Source of the DNA: an uncultured Acidobacteriota bacterium
GTDB taxonomy: Bacteria; Acidobacteriota; Blastocatellia; Pyrinomonadales; Pyrinomonadaceae
Length of the DNA stretch: 24,000 nucleotides
Assembly: GCA_963748155.1 (NCBI GenBank)
Contig: CAVVHV010000006.1
Location: forward strand, 562,648-586,647
Direction: 5' to 3'
Part shown: positions 1-8,090 of the stretch, in pieces
How the letters are laid out: each line of letters starts with the position of its first letter
Position numbering within the stretch: the stretch's first letter is position 1
Program-made: the position numbers and the translations under genes
The notes under the pieces: generated by a model
Database searches by the model: none
Told to the model about the DNA's origin: nothing
What the model saw: the letters and a program-made list of their open reading frames with translations, nothing else

Positions 1-206
1 TCTAAACACTAGCTGCGAATAGCCTGTTCAGTTTACAAAAGAAGATGAGCAAGATCATCTCGCTGGATAAGTTGGACGCGGATATCTGCTCCGCGCAATA
101 AATTTTCAGCGATCAGTCCTGTGAGATTTAAGTTGTTAGTGCAGAGGAATTTCAATCCATGCTATCGCGCTGCCCGTGCGACCCGTTTGACGATCCCTGA
201 AGGCGA

Positions 207-683
207 CTAGCACCTGATAGAGGCCCGATTAGCCGGCCCCGTTTGAAACTCCTTCATCGTCGCCTCCACTAGATACGCAAAGAGACCGCGATCACTATGA
301 TTGGCGATGAGATTCGCATCTACCTCACTGATCGAGACCTGGCTCGCCGTTGTCTCAGGATTGTATCTGTAGTTGAGTCGACTGATGGCTTCGCGCAACA
401 CGGCTTTGTTGTCAGTGAGCTCTGCAAGCAACCGATTTGCCCGCTGGTCGATACAACATCAATCGGTCCTTAGCCGTCATCTTGTTTTCTACGAAATGAG
501 TTAAGACGGAGCGGGCGCGGCTCAAGCCCTCGCCCGTCAAGTGAACGTCATCCACGAAAAAGAAAATTACACGTCCGCGATTGGATCCTCGATCTGCCGT
601 TCCTGGCGACGTTGCGAGAGCAGCGGAGAATAGGCGAGGCCGATCAAAAGCACGTTCAGGGAAAGAACGCTAAATATTCGCAT
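207..683 (-). pseudogene. Remnant of a secreted VWA-domain protein (acidobacterial VWFA-related type), split over three frames
   Basis: Minus-strand ATG at 683-681 opens a signal-like peptide MRIFSVLSLNVLLIGLAYS... that stops after 38 codons. The next frame continues VIFFFVDDVHLTGEGLSRARSVLTHFVENKMTAKDRLMLYRPAGKSV. The tracked ORF 207-431 then continues LAELTDNKAVLREAISRLNY...ISEVDANLIANHSD. The hydrophobic-strand-DD start and the following segment order resemble VWA folds as I remember them. The signal peptide is joined directly to the VWA core, so N-terminal sequence also seems to be missing. Not searched. Confidence 0.4.
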
Positions 684-824
684 TGGATCTTCTTTCGTTG
701 GTGAAACCTCGCGTCTCGTTCACAGAACGCTAGAGTACCACTCGAGTTGTGCTGCTACCATCTCTGTAGAGCCTTTGACGCGACCAAACCAACTGCTGCT
801 CCTGTTTTATTTGAGCACCATTTG

Positions 825-853
825 TTGACAAGATTTCATCACCGCACTAGGAT
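825..853 (+). promoter_or_regulatory. Candidate sigma70-type promoter for the lipid operon
   Basis: TTGACA (825-830), 17-nt spacer, TAGGAT (848-853), inside the 313-nt gap upstream of the first operon gene. Pattern match only. Confidence 0.3.
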
Positions 854-996
854 GCGGCCGCACAAAATCTCACTGTTGCCTTAGGTACCGACGTGAGACT
901 TCGGTTCCTTCTGCACACCCTCGTCCGCGTTGATTTTGTGCCTTACACCTCCCAGGCATTGCATCGATGTAACTTGCTACTTAGACAGTCGGAATA

Positions 997-2061
997 GTGT
1001 CACAGGCGTTGCTCTGTCAGCGTAGGGTTGCCCTTACGCTAAGTAACAGAAGCGGCATGTGTAAGTGTAATCATTCGACAGTAAAAACAACGGAGGGATC
1101 GGTGATAACACACAAAGCAGAGCCCTCTCCGGCCGTGATGGGCCACCTGCGCTCATCGAACCGGGCCGGCGGCCTACTGTTGACTTCAGCAGTGGTACTC
1201 ACGGCGCTTGGTGTCGTGCTGTCTCTCCAACCAAACGCGTTAGTGTGGTTACTGGGACAGTTGCTCCTTGCTATCACGATGGTCCAATGGTTCGCGTTGC
1301 TTCATGAATGTGGCCACGGAACGCTCTTCCGCTCCAAGGCACTTCATGCACCCGTTGGTAGAGTAGCTGCCTTTTTCTCGCTCATCCCTTTCTACTGCTG
1401 GAAACGAGTCCATGGCCAGCATCACAAGTGGACTGGATGGCAGGATTTGGATCCAACCACCGCCGCGCTCGTCCCCCGTACCCTCGGCCGCGCTGAGCAG
1501 ATTTTGATGAACGTTTGCTGGAGATTCTGGATCCCGCTTTTCGCCACCCTATACCGGATTAACAACTACTGGCACTTGCCTCGGCTACGTTCGCTGTTCC
1601 CAAAACGAGAAGACCGCAGGCATTTCACGATCAGCATCATCGGCTACTTCCTGGTCTACGTGGCTGTCGCCATTCTCCTCGGTCCCAGGACGCTGCTGCG
1701 AGTCATGGGTCTTGCGACTGTGCTCGCATTTGTCGTGGAGGATCTTCTGATTCTGAGCCAGCACACGCACATTCCTCAGAACCTGAGTCAGGGAAGGCAA
1801 GTTCCTCCCTTCCCCGCTCTCGAGCAAGAGGTATTCACGCGATCTCTCATCATCCCATCGTGGCTTTCGACGATGTTGCTGCACATCGACGCTCACGAAC
1901 TCCACCATATGTACCCATCCGTGCCCGGTTATCACCTACGCGATATCCCGTACGACACGCGCAACGAAATAGACTGGTGGGTGTGGGTGAGAGACGCACG
2001 CGCAGTGCCTGGTGAGACGTTGATGTTTCACAACCGGATCGAGACTGGCCTCAACATTTGA
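997..2061 (+). CDS. Membrane fatty-acid desaturase family protein (three His boxes)
   Basis: Intact 354-aa ORF. His boxes HECGHG, HGQHHKWTG and HELHHMYP sit between hydrophobic helices, the classic FA_desaturase layout. Start uncertain: GTG 997, ATG 1057 or ATG 1138. Confidence 0.85.
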   Translation: MSQALLCQRRVALTLSNRSGMCKCNHSTVKTTEGSVITHKAEPSPAVMGHLRSSNRAGGLLLTSAVVLTALGVVLSLQPNALVWLLGQLLLAITMVQWFALLHECGHGTLFRSKALHAPVGRVAAFFSLIPFYCWKRVHGQHHKWTGWQDLDPTTAALVPRTLGRAEQILMNVCWRFWIPLFATLYRINNYWHLPRLRSLFPKREDRRHFTISIIGYFLVYVAVAILLGPRTLLRVMGLATVLAFVVEDLLILSQHTHIPQNLSQGRQVPPFPALEQEVFTRSLIIPSWLSTMLLHIDAHELHHMYPSVPGYHLRDIPYDTRNEIDWWVWVRDARAVPGETLMFHNRIETGLNI

Positions 2062-2073
2062 GCCAACGCAACC

Positions 2074-2652
2074 ATGTACGATCCACTTCACTGTGCTCTC
2101 TTCCTGATTCTGGCCTTCATGCTTGCCGGCGTTTTGCATTCGCTGTGGCTGCATAATCGCCTCTCTCAGGCCCTGGCTATTCCGCTTGATGGTGGCCGCA
2201 TGTTTCGCGGGCGGCCGATTCTTGGCGAGAACAAGACACTGCGTGGCTTTGTAATGATCCCGGCCGCGGCGCTGGCTTTTGCCGCAGTCGCCGCCATGAT
2301 TTCTCTTCCACAAGGAGTGCTTCCCGCCACGCTGTGGCAATTAACTCCAACAGGATACGGCGCGCTTGGCGCCCTGGCCGGGTTCGGTTTCATGGCCGGG
2401 GAGCTCCCGAATTCATTCGTCAAGCGCCGGCTGGGCATTTCGCCCGGGCAAGCGCCAGCTTCTGGTCTAACAAAAGCGATCTGCTTCACGATCGATCACA
2501 TCGACTCCATTGTCGGAATGCTTGCCGCAGTGACAGTTGCAGTACACACGCCGTGGGCGACATGGCTGTGGGTGCTTGTCCTTGGACCTTCGATCCATTT
2601 GTTATTCAGTTGGTGGCTCTTCCGAATGGGCGTTAAAGGACGGCCTGCATGA
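2074..2652 (+). CDS. CDP-archaeol synthase-like cytidylyltransferase (CarS / DUF46 family)
   Basis: Intact 192-aa polytopic ORF, 12 nt after the desaturase stop. Segments PLDGGRMFRGRPILGENKTLRGF and GELPNSFVKRRLGISPGQ...IDHIDSIVG parallel the archaeal CarS signatures as I recall them (PIDGG..ILGDGKTWRG and GDL.GSFIKRRLGI..G...LDQLDF). Its stop TGA 2650-2652 overlaps the next ATG at 2649. Confidence 0.75.
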   Translation: MYDPLHCALFLILAFMLAGVLHSLWLHNRLSQALAIPLDGGRMFRGRPILGENKTLRGFVMIPAAALAFAAVAAMISLPQGVLPATLWQLTPTGYGALGALAGFGFMAGELPNSFVKRRLGISPGQAPASGLTKAICFTIDHIDSIVGMLAAVTVAVHTPWATWLWVLVLGPSIHLLFSWWLFRMGVKGRPA

Positions 2653-5338
2653 CGACCTCTTCCCTCCGAGCCGCGCCCGCGCTGAACAGCGCCGGCTACA
2701 TAGTTCCGCTCGACCGGGCAATGCTTCTCGAGCTCGTCGGTGGGAAAGCACATAATCTCTATCGCGTCCTCGATCTCGGTCTTCGTGTGCCTGGTGGCTT
2801 TGTCGTTACCACACGCGCTTTCGAGGACCACCTCGAAGAGAACGATCTTGCGGTGAAGATCCACGCGCTGTCTCAGCGACAGACTGGACAGCTTTCCAAC
2901 CAGCGGCAGTTAGCGACACGCATCCACGATCTCATTGTCAACACTGAGCTCTCACCAGGACTTCGCGATTTGTTGGAGCCGGCCGCCGAGGAGTTGCTTA
3001 ATCATGGACCAGTGGTCGTGCGCAGTTCGGCTATCGGTGAGGATTCCGCGCGAGCCTCGTTCGCCGGGCAGCTTGATTCCTTTCTTCACGTGCGGACGTT
3101 TCGCAGAGTTGGAAAAAGCCCTGCTTGCCTGCTGGGCTTCATGTTGGTCTGAGCGCGCGATCACATACCGCGCCGCTCAGGGAATGGAAGTTAGGGGCAT
3201 GGGTGTCGTCGTACAGACCCAGGTCGACGCGCTCGCCGCCGGCGTTCTGTTCACACGTACCGCCGAAGGAACAATACTCGTCGAGCACACGCCAGGACTG
3301 GGTGACGCGCTCGTGGCTGGGGCAATTAATCCCGGGCGTTTCGTGCTGCCGCGCAGTGGGAACGGCTTCGTGGTGCTTTCCGACGGGGAGCGACCTATTA
3401 CGAGCGTTGAGAACGTGTTGTTCTCCCAATCCATGCTCACTGAACTTCGCCGCGTGGCCGCAATGCTTGAAGAAGGACTGGGTGGAGCTCAGGACGTAGA
3501 GTGGGCGATCGACCGCTCGGGCTTGCTGTATATCGTGCAGTCGCGTCCGATCACCGCAATCCCGACAGTAAGCGCGCCGCAGCCAGGCGGATCGCCGATC
3601 CGTTGGTCGGATGCCAACGTCAACGAGAACTTTCCCGCGCCGATTTCTCCCTTCCTGTACTCGATCGCGAGCGCTGGTTACGCCCACTATTTTCGAAATC
3701 TCGCCCGTGCTTTCGGGCTGTCAAAGACGCGAATCGCCGCGATGGACGATGCGCTCCGTCACATCATCGGCGTTCACGGAGCGAGGATGTATTACAACCT
3801 GACGAATATCCACACCGTGCTTCGACTCGCGCCCTTCGGCGATGCCCTCGTTGACTGCCTTCAACAGTTTCGTCGGAGCGGGCGGCTCGTTTGGTGCGGC
3901 GGCGCGGACGAGAACCGGGCGGGTGCGTGAAGTTGTCGAACTGGCGGTGATAGCTGTAAAGGTCACGTGGCTCTATCTCTTCCTCGAGCGACGCGTGGCG
4001 TCGTTTGAACGGCTGGTTGACGATTTTGCTGAGCGCACGGAACCGAACCGGCTCGCGGCTCTGTCGCTTCGCGATCTGCGGCTACTGCTCAACGAGCTGA
4101 TGGACATCCGCTGTCATCGATGGACCAACGCGAGTCTCGCCGACGCCGCGTCGATGGTCTGTTACGCGATGCTGCGCCGGCTGGTGGAACAAGCCAACGA
4201 CGGTAAAGTTGGAAGCACTGCATAACACCCTCCTCAAAGCCATTCCCCAGCTTGTCAGTGGCCAGCCCGTGCACGAGCTCTGGGAGCTTTCGCGAACGGT
4301 TCGCGCTGACGCAGCCCTTCGCAATCTATTTGAGAGCGATTCGGAATCTGTCGTTAACCAGATCGCCGTCAACCCAAAGTTCGCGGACTTCCGTTCGCAG
4401 TTCGAGGAGTATTTGCAACGATGGGGCTTCCGCTGTTCCGCTGAACTCATGCTCACGGCTCCAAGCTTCCAGGAAGAACCTGCGCTGCTCGTCGACATTA
4501 TTCGCGCCTATGCGCGCCGGGATTGCGAATCGCCTGCTGCGGCGCTCAGCAGACAGCTTGCTGAGCGAGAGCAGGAAACCAAGTCCCTACTGCGAAGACT
4601 GCCGATGGCGCCGCGCCGCCGTCTTACGCATCGTCCTCCGCTGGACGCAAGCCGCCATTGCTTATCGAGAGCGGGCTCGCCTCAAACAGGCGCTGCTGTA
4701 CAGCCGCTGTCGCCGCCTGGCGCTTGCGCTAGGCGACCAACTGGTGATGCGCGGGCGCCTGGCGGAGCGAGAAGACGTCTTCTGGCTGACTGTTTCACGA
4801 GGTCGATGAGCTTGCTGCGGGACGCGCCATGTTCCCGCACCACGTGCAGGAACTGACGACCATGCGTAAGCGCGCGCACGAGCAACTCGCCGCGAGGCAA
4901 CCATTGAATGACTTCACTCTTCCCGAAGGAGAGTATCTGCCTCTGGATGGAGACTTACACGTTGGCAATGTCACACCGGCGCAACATGATCACTCTGGAT
5001 CACACACGCTACAGGGAGTAGGTGCATGCGGCGGCCGCGTGGTGGGCCGTGCTGTCGTTTTACACGACGCGAGTGAGGCGGGCGTCCTTACCGCGAAGAT
5101 ATCCTGGTTACACGTCAAACAGATCCGGGCTGGGCGCCAGTCTTTTTTCTAATTAAGGGCCTGGTCATCGAGCGAGGGGGAATGCTTTCACACGGCGCAA
5201 TTGTGGCGCGCGAATTCGGAATACCGTGTGTTGTCGGTGTACAGCATGCGACTCGTGAACTGTTCCGCGCCGGACAGATCGAAGTTGATGGCGATCAGGG
5301 GAAAGTTCATGTCTTCGAGGCTTTGCACAAAAGTCACT
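2649..5338 (+). pseudogene. PEP-utilising phosphotransferase (PPDK_N ATP-grasp + central domain + phosphohistidine swivel domain; rifampicin-phosphotransferase-like architecture), six frame changes
   Basis: One protein is readable across tracked ORFs in changing frames.
N-terminal ATP-grasp: GGKAHNLYRVLDLGLRVPGGFVVT and VVVRSSAIGEDSARASFAGQLDSFLHV (2649 ORF); LLACWASCWSERAITYR, MGVVVQTQVDALAAGVLFT and DVEWAIDRSGLLYIVQSRPIT (2935 ORF).
Central ~400 aa: ORFs 3842, 4209, 4252 and 4829.
C-terminal swivel domain: DILVTRQTDPGWAPVF...ERGGMLSHGAIVAREFGIPCVVG (from 5101, 5182 ORF).
Frame changes lie near 3100, 3850, 4210, 4605, 4793 and 5090. There is no in-frame stop after the conserved end (GKVHVFE, 5319); reading runs on into the repeat at 5339. 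Confidence 0.8.
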
Positions 5339-5618
5339 CAGCCTGCGAAGCAGGCGTAAGCATAAAGCCTGGGGCGCAAGCCCCAGGATCCGAAAATAAA
5401 AAAGCGTTGCGAGCCCGCGAAGCGGGCGGCAGCATAAAGCCTGGGGCGCAAGCCCCAGGATCAGATCACAAAAGACAAGCCGGAGCCCGTGAAACGGGCG
5501 ACAGCGTGAAATTTTCAGTCTTTCGCCCGCTGTCGCGGGCTCCGGCTTTTTTATTTGGCACGTTAACCTGGGGCTTGCGCCCCAGGCTTTATGCTTACGC
5601 CTGCTATCGCAGGCTAAG
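5339..5618. repeat. Composite MITE-like nested palindrome inserted between two operon genes
   Basis: The 49-nt left arm cagcctgcgaagcaggcgtaagcataaagcctggggcgcaagccccagg (5339-5387) is matched in inverted form at 5567-5618, with one extra base. A second direct half-copy (gagcccgcgaagcgggcggcagcataaagcctggggcgcaagccccagg) lies at 5411-5460, and an inner hairpin at 5478-5547. The sub-hairpins are gcctgc-gaa-gcaggc, gcccgc-gaa-gcgggc and ggggc-gcaa-gcccc. Confidence 0.8.
5478..5556 (+). terminator. Terminator-like module carried by the repeat (11-bp closing stem + T-run)
   Basis: agccggagccc (5478-5488) pairs with gggctccggct (5537-5547) and is followed directly by ttttttattt. The enclosed 48 nt form smaller GC hairpins. 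It lies inside the operon on the sense strand. Structure judged by eye, not folded. Confidence 0.35.
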
Positions 5619-5661
5619 AAATTTCATTCGATTTCGACTTTTTGAGCAAAGCCTGTCTTCG

Positions 5662-6320
5662 ATAAAACTGATTTACGCTTATTGGCGTGAGCGTTATTCC
5701 ATAAGCGTATTCTTACCCTTCGCAATCTTGATCGCCGCCGCGGGAGCCGCAGCGGGAGGGTCGCTCCCTCCAGTTCGCGACGCCTGGATAGGTTGCGTCC
5801 TCGCCTACACGCTGGTTTTGGTTTTCCGCATTGGTGATGACCTCGCAGATCTCAGTAGCGATCGCCTGCGCCATCCGGGCAGAGTGTTGGTCCAGGACAG
5901 CGAGTGTAACTCCGATCATTGTGTTTGCATTGGTGATCGCCGCCGGCGACATCCTGTTGATGCTTCGCCAACCGCAGCCCCGGCGCTCGCCTCGCTGTCT
6001 TTTTCGCGATTTCACTCTTCCTTTGGCTTTGGTATCACTGGCGGGCGCGCCTTCGCGTTGGTCCACTCGCCAGTGCGCACGTCGTGCTCGTCAAGTATCC
6101 CGTTATTTCTCTTTTGACATGCGCGCACTGGGACAAACTGTCACAACACACCGCGCTTCCCGCGCTCGGCGCGATCTATCTTGGCTTATGCATTTACGAA
6201 CAGGTTCATGACCGCGTGGTTCGCGAGTCGCGCGGAGCCGCTTGGATTTTCGCTGCGGAGGTGGTGCTCCTTGCCGGCCTTCCGCTGCTAATGCTTTCGA
6301 CTGGAGGTCTTCTTCGATGA
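5662..6320 (+). pseudogene. Short polytopic membrane protein with a UbiA-type Asp-rich motif (possible alkyl/prenyl transferase), two frame changes and no canonical start
   Basis: Frame 1 from 5662 reads (I)KLIYAYWRERYSISVFLPFAILIAAAG...LAYTLVLVFRIGDDLADLSSDRLRHPGRVLV. The frame starting at 5831 then reads SVTPIIVFALVIAAGDILLML. The frame from 5958 to 6320 reads RLAVFFAISLFLWLWYHW...VVLVKYPVISLL...ALGAIYLGLCIYEQ...IFAAEVVLLAGLPLLML.
DDLADLSSD fits [ND]DxxDxxxD of the UbiA superfamily, followed by HP.R.L. There is no ATG, GTG or TTG in frame between 5619 and 5727; ATA at 5662 sits where ATG-AAA-CTG would be expected. At ~219 codons it is short for UbiA. Confidence 0.4.
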
Positions 6321-7300
6321 CAGCCCCTGCCCTGCTGGTGAGTGGAGCGCTTCAGTCCGGACCGCCCGCTACACACTTTGAGAAAGTCTCGTGTTACTAC
6401 TGCGGGGCCACGGAATGGTCAGCCTTTCTTACGGCTCAGGACGATCTCACCGGGCGCCCAGGCACATTCACTTTTACCACCTGCAAGCGCTGCGGACTCC
6501 GGTATCAAAATCCGCGGCTTCGCATCGAGCACGTCAAGGCCTTTTACGATAACGAGTACATCGCCCACCGGAAAAAGACAGACTGGGGTCCGCTCAAAAG
6601 TTTTTTCAACTGGGTGATGGATCGGCACGATCGGCAGAAGGAAAAACTCGTGCGCCGGTACGTTGCGCTCGGCCCGGAGAGCGAAGTTCTCGACGTGGGC
6701 TGCGCAGTAGGAACCTTCCTGCAGAAAGTGCGTGCGCTCCATGGCGCTCGTGTTGTTGGCGTCGACTTCAAGGATCTACGCGGCTGCCAATCGCTCGAAG
6801 ACGTCGAGTTCTACTGCGGCCTGTTCTACGAACAACCGCTCGAACGCGAACGCTTCGACGCCATTACCATGTGGCATTTCCTCGAACACGATTACGATCC
6901 TCTACGCACACTTCAAACAGCACGCGACCTGATGAAGAAGTCTGGCTATCTCGTGATTGAGGTTCCACGTCTCGACTCGCTCACCTTTCGGCTCTACGGC
7001 GACCGGTGGCCCGGTCTGCAGGCGCCGCAGCATACAGTGCTTTACGACCGCGAGATGCTTTTGCGCATGGTCCAAAAAGCCGGGCTGAAGGTCGTCGATT
7101 ATTTGCCCTACGGCGCTTTTCCAGCATTTTTTTATTTCTTCGCCGGAGCAGCATTCAAGCTGCTCAAGGGTAAGGGTCTTAATCTCTCACGAGCCATCTA
7201 TCCCTATTTTGTTGGACAGATTTTATTTGCCCCAATCCTTGCTTTCGAGAAGCACCTCAACTTTGCGATGCAGACCGTTATCTGCAGGCGGGAGGATTAG
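6317..7300 (+). CDS. Class I SAM-dependent methyltransferase with N-terminal Cys4 zinc-ribbon
   Basis: Intact ORF. ATG 6317 overlaps the upstream stop TGA 6318-6320, although the tracked ORF begins further upstream at 6242. CYYCG...CKRCG lies ahead of motif I VLDVGCAVGTFL, followed by FDAITMWHFLEH and GYLVIEVP, typical of the Methyltransf_11/23 type. The C-terminal tail is hydrophobic. Confidence 0.85.
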   Translation: MTAPALLVSGALQSGPPATHFEKVSCYYCGATEWSAFLTAQDDLTGRPGTFTFTTCKRCGLRYQNPRLRIEHVKAFYDNEYIAHRKKTDWGPLKSFFNWVMDRHDRQKEKLVRRYVALGPESEVLDVGCAVGTFLQKVRALHGARVVGVDFKDLRGCQSLEDVEFYCGLFYEQPLERERFDAITMWHFLEHDYDPLRTLQTARDLMKKSGYLVIEVPRLDSLTFRLYGDRWPGLQAPQHTVLYDREMLLRMVQKAGLKVVDYLPYGAFPAFFYFFAGAAFKLLKGKGLNLSRAIYPYFVGQILFAPILAFEKHLNFAMQTVICRRED

Positions 7301-7302
7301 GT

Positions 7303-8090
7303 ATGCGCATGGGTCTCCGTATTGCACTGACGGGTTTGTTCATGCTGGCCGGCTCGATTCTTATGCTGGTCGTCGCGATTCCCACGCTTTTCCTGGCGCG
7401 CCGTTTCTATTCCGAGGTCATCGTCCGTTGGATGGGCCGCGTCGTTCTCAGGATCTGGAGGATTGACTACACTACGCACTATTCCGAGCCACTCCCAGAC
7501 CGCCAGACTATCTACATTTCGAATCACACCTCGACGCTCGATGTATTGCTCTTGATTGCGCTCGGTTTGCCGCGCGCGCGATTTTTTCTTTCCGGTTACC
7601 TGCGCAAATTCGCCCGTCGTTGCGATCATCGGATACATCATCCGTATCTTTTGGACCGTTCCTCAGAGGTTCCCGGAGCGAAGGCGCCAAATCTTCCAGC
7701 GCGCTGACCGCATCTTACGGCGCACTGGTGATTCGGTGTTCCTGAGCCCGGAAGGCAAGTGTGTAACGACGGGTGAGATTGGCCCATTCAATAAGGGCTC
7801 GTTCCATCTCGCCACAAGCCTGAAGGCGCCTATCGTCCCCATCTACATTCACATCCCGCCAAAAGTGCAGGGGTATAGAGGTTACCGCGCCAATCCGGGG
7901 ACACGTCGGCGTCTATTTTCTCCCTGCTATCGACACGTCGTCGTGGCAACTTGAGGACCTGGAAGCCAATCGAGATCGAGTGCACCGTCTTTATCTCCGC
8001 GTGCATGACGCGATGCGCGCAAACGGCAGGCTTCCGGCGGACCTTCGCATCGAGCCGCTGCAACCCGAACTTATGAGGGCCGCCGTATGA
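7303..8090 (+). pseudogene. PlsC/AGPAT-family lysophospholipid acyltransferase, two frame changes
   Basis: An N-terminal TM helix is followed by the HX4D motif in IYISNHTSTLDVLLL (7303 ORF). FLSPEGKCVTTGEIGPFNKGSFHLA and PIVPIYIHI follow in the 7556 ORF. A third frame gives GHVGVYFLPAIDTSSW...RLYLRVHDAMRANG, ending at TGA 8088-8090, which overlaps ATG 8087 of the next gene. Shifts lie near 7610 and 7865. Confidence 0.75.

Noticed and set aside
5182-6117. Tracked 311-aa ORF as a genuine fusion protein
   Set aside because: Only its first ~46 aa (the swivel-domain end) and a later ~75-aa membrane stretch look like protein. The middle ~100 aa are a read-through of the palindromic repeat (SIKPGAQAPG twice, then its complement-derived TWGLRPRLY), and the last ~75 aa are out-of-frame Arg/Ser-rich text.
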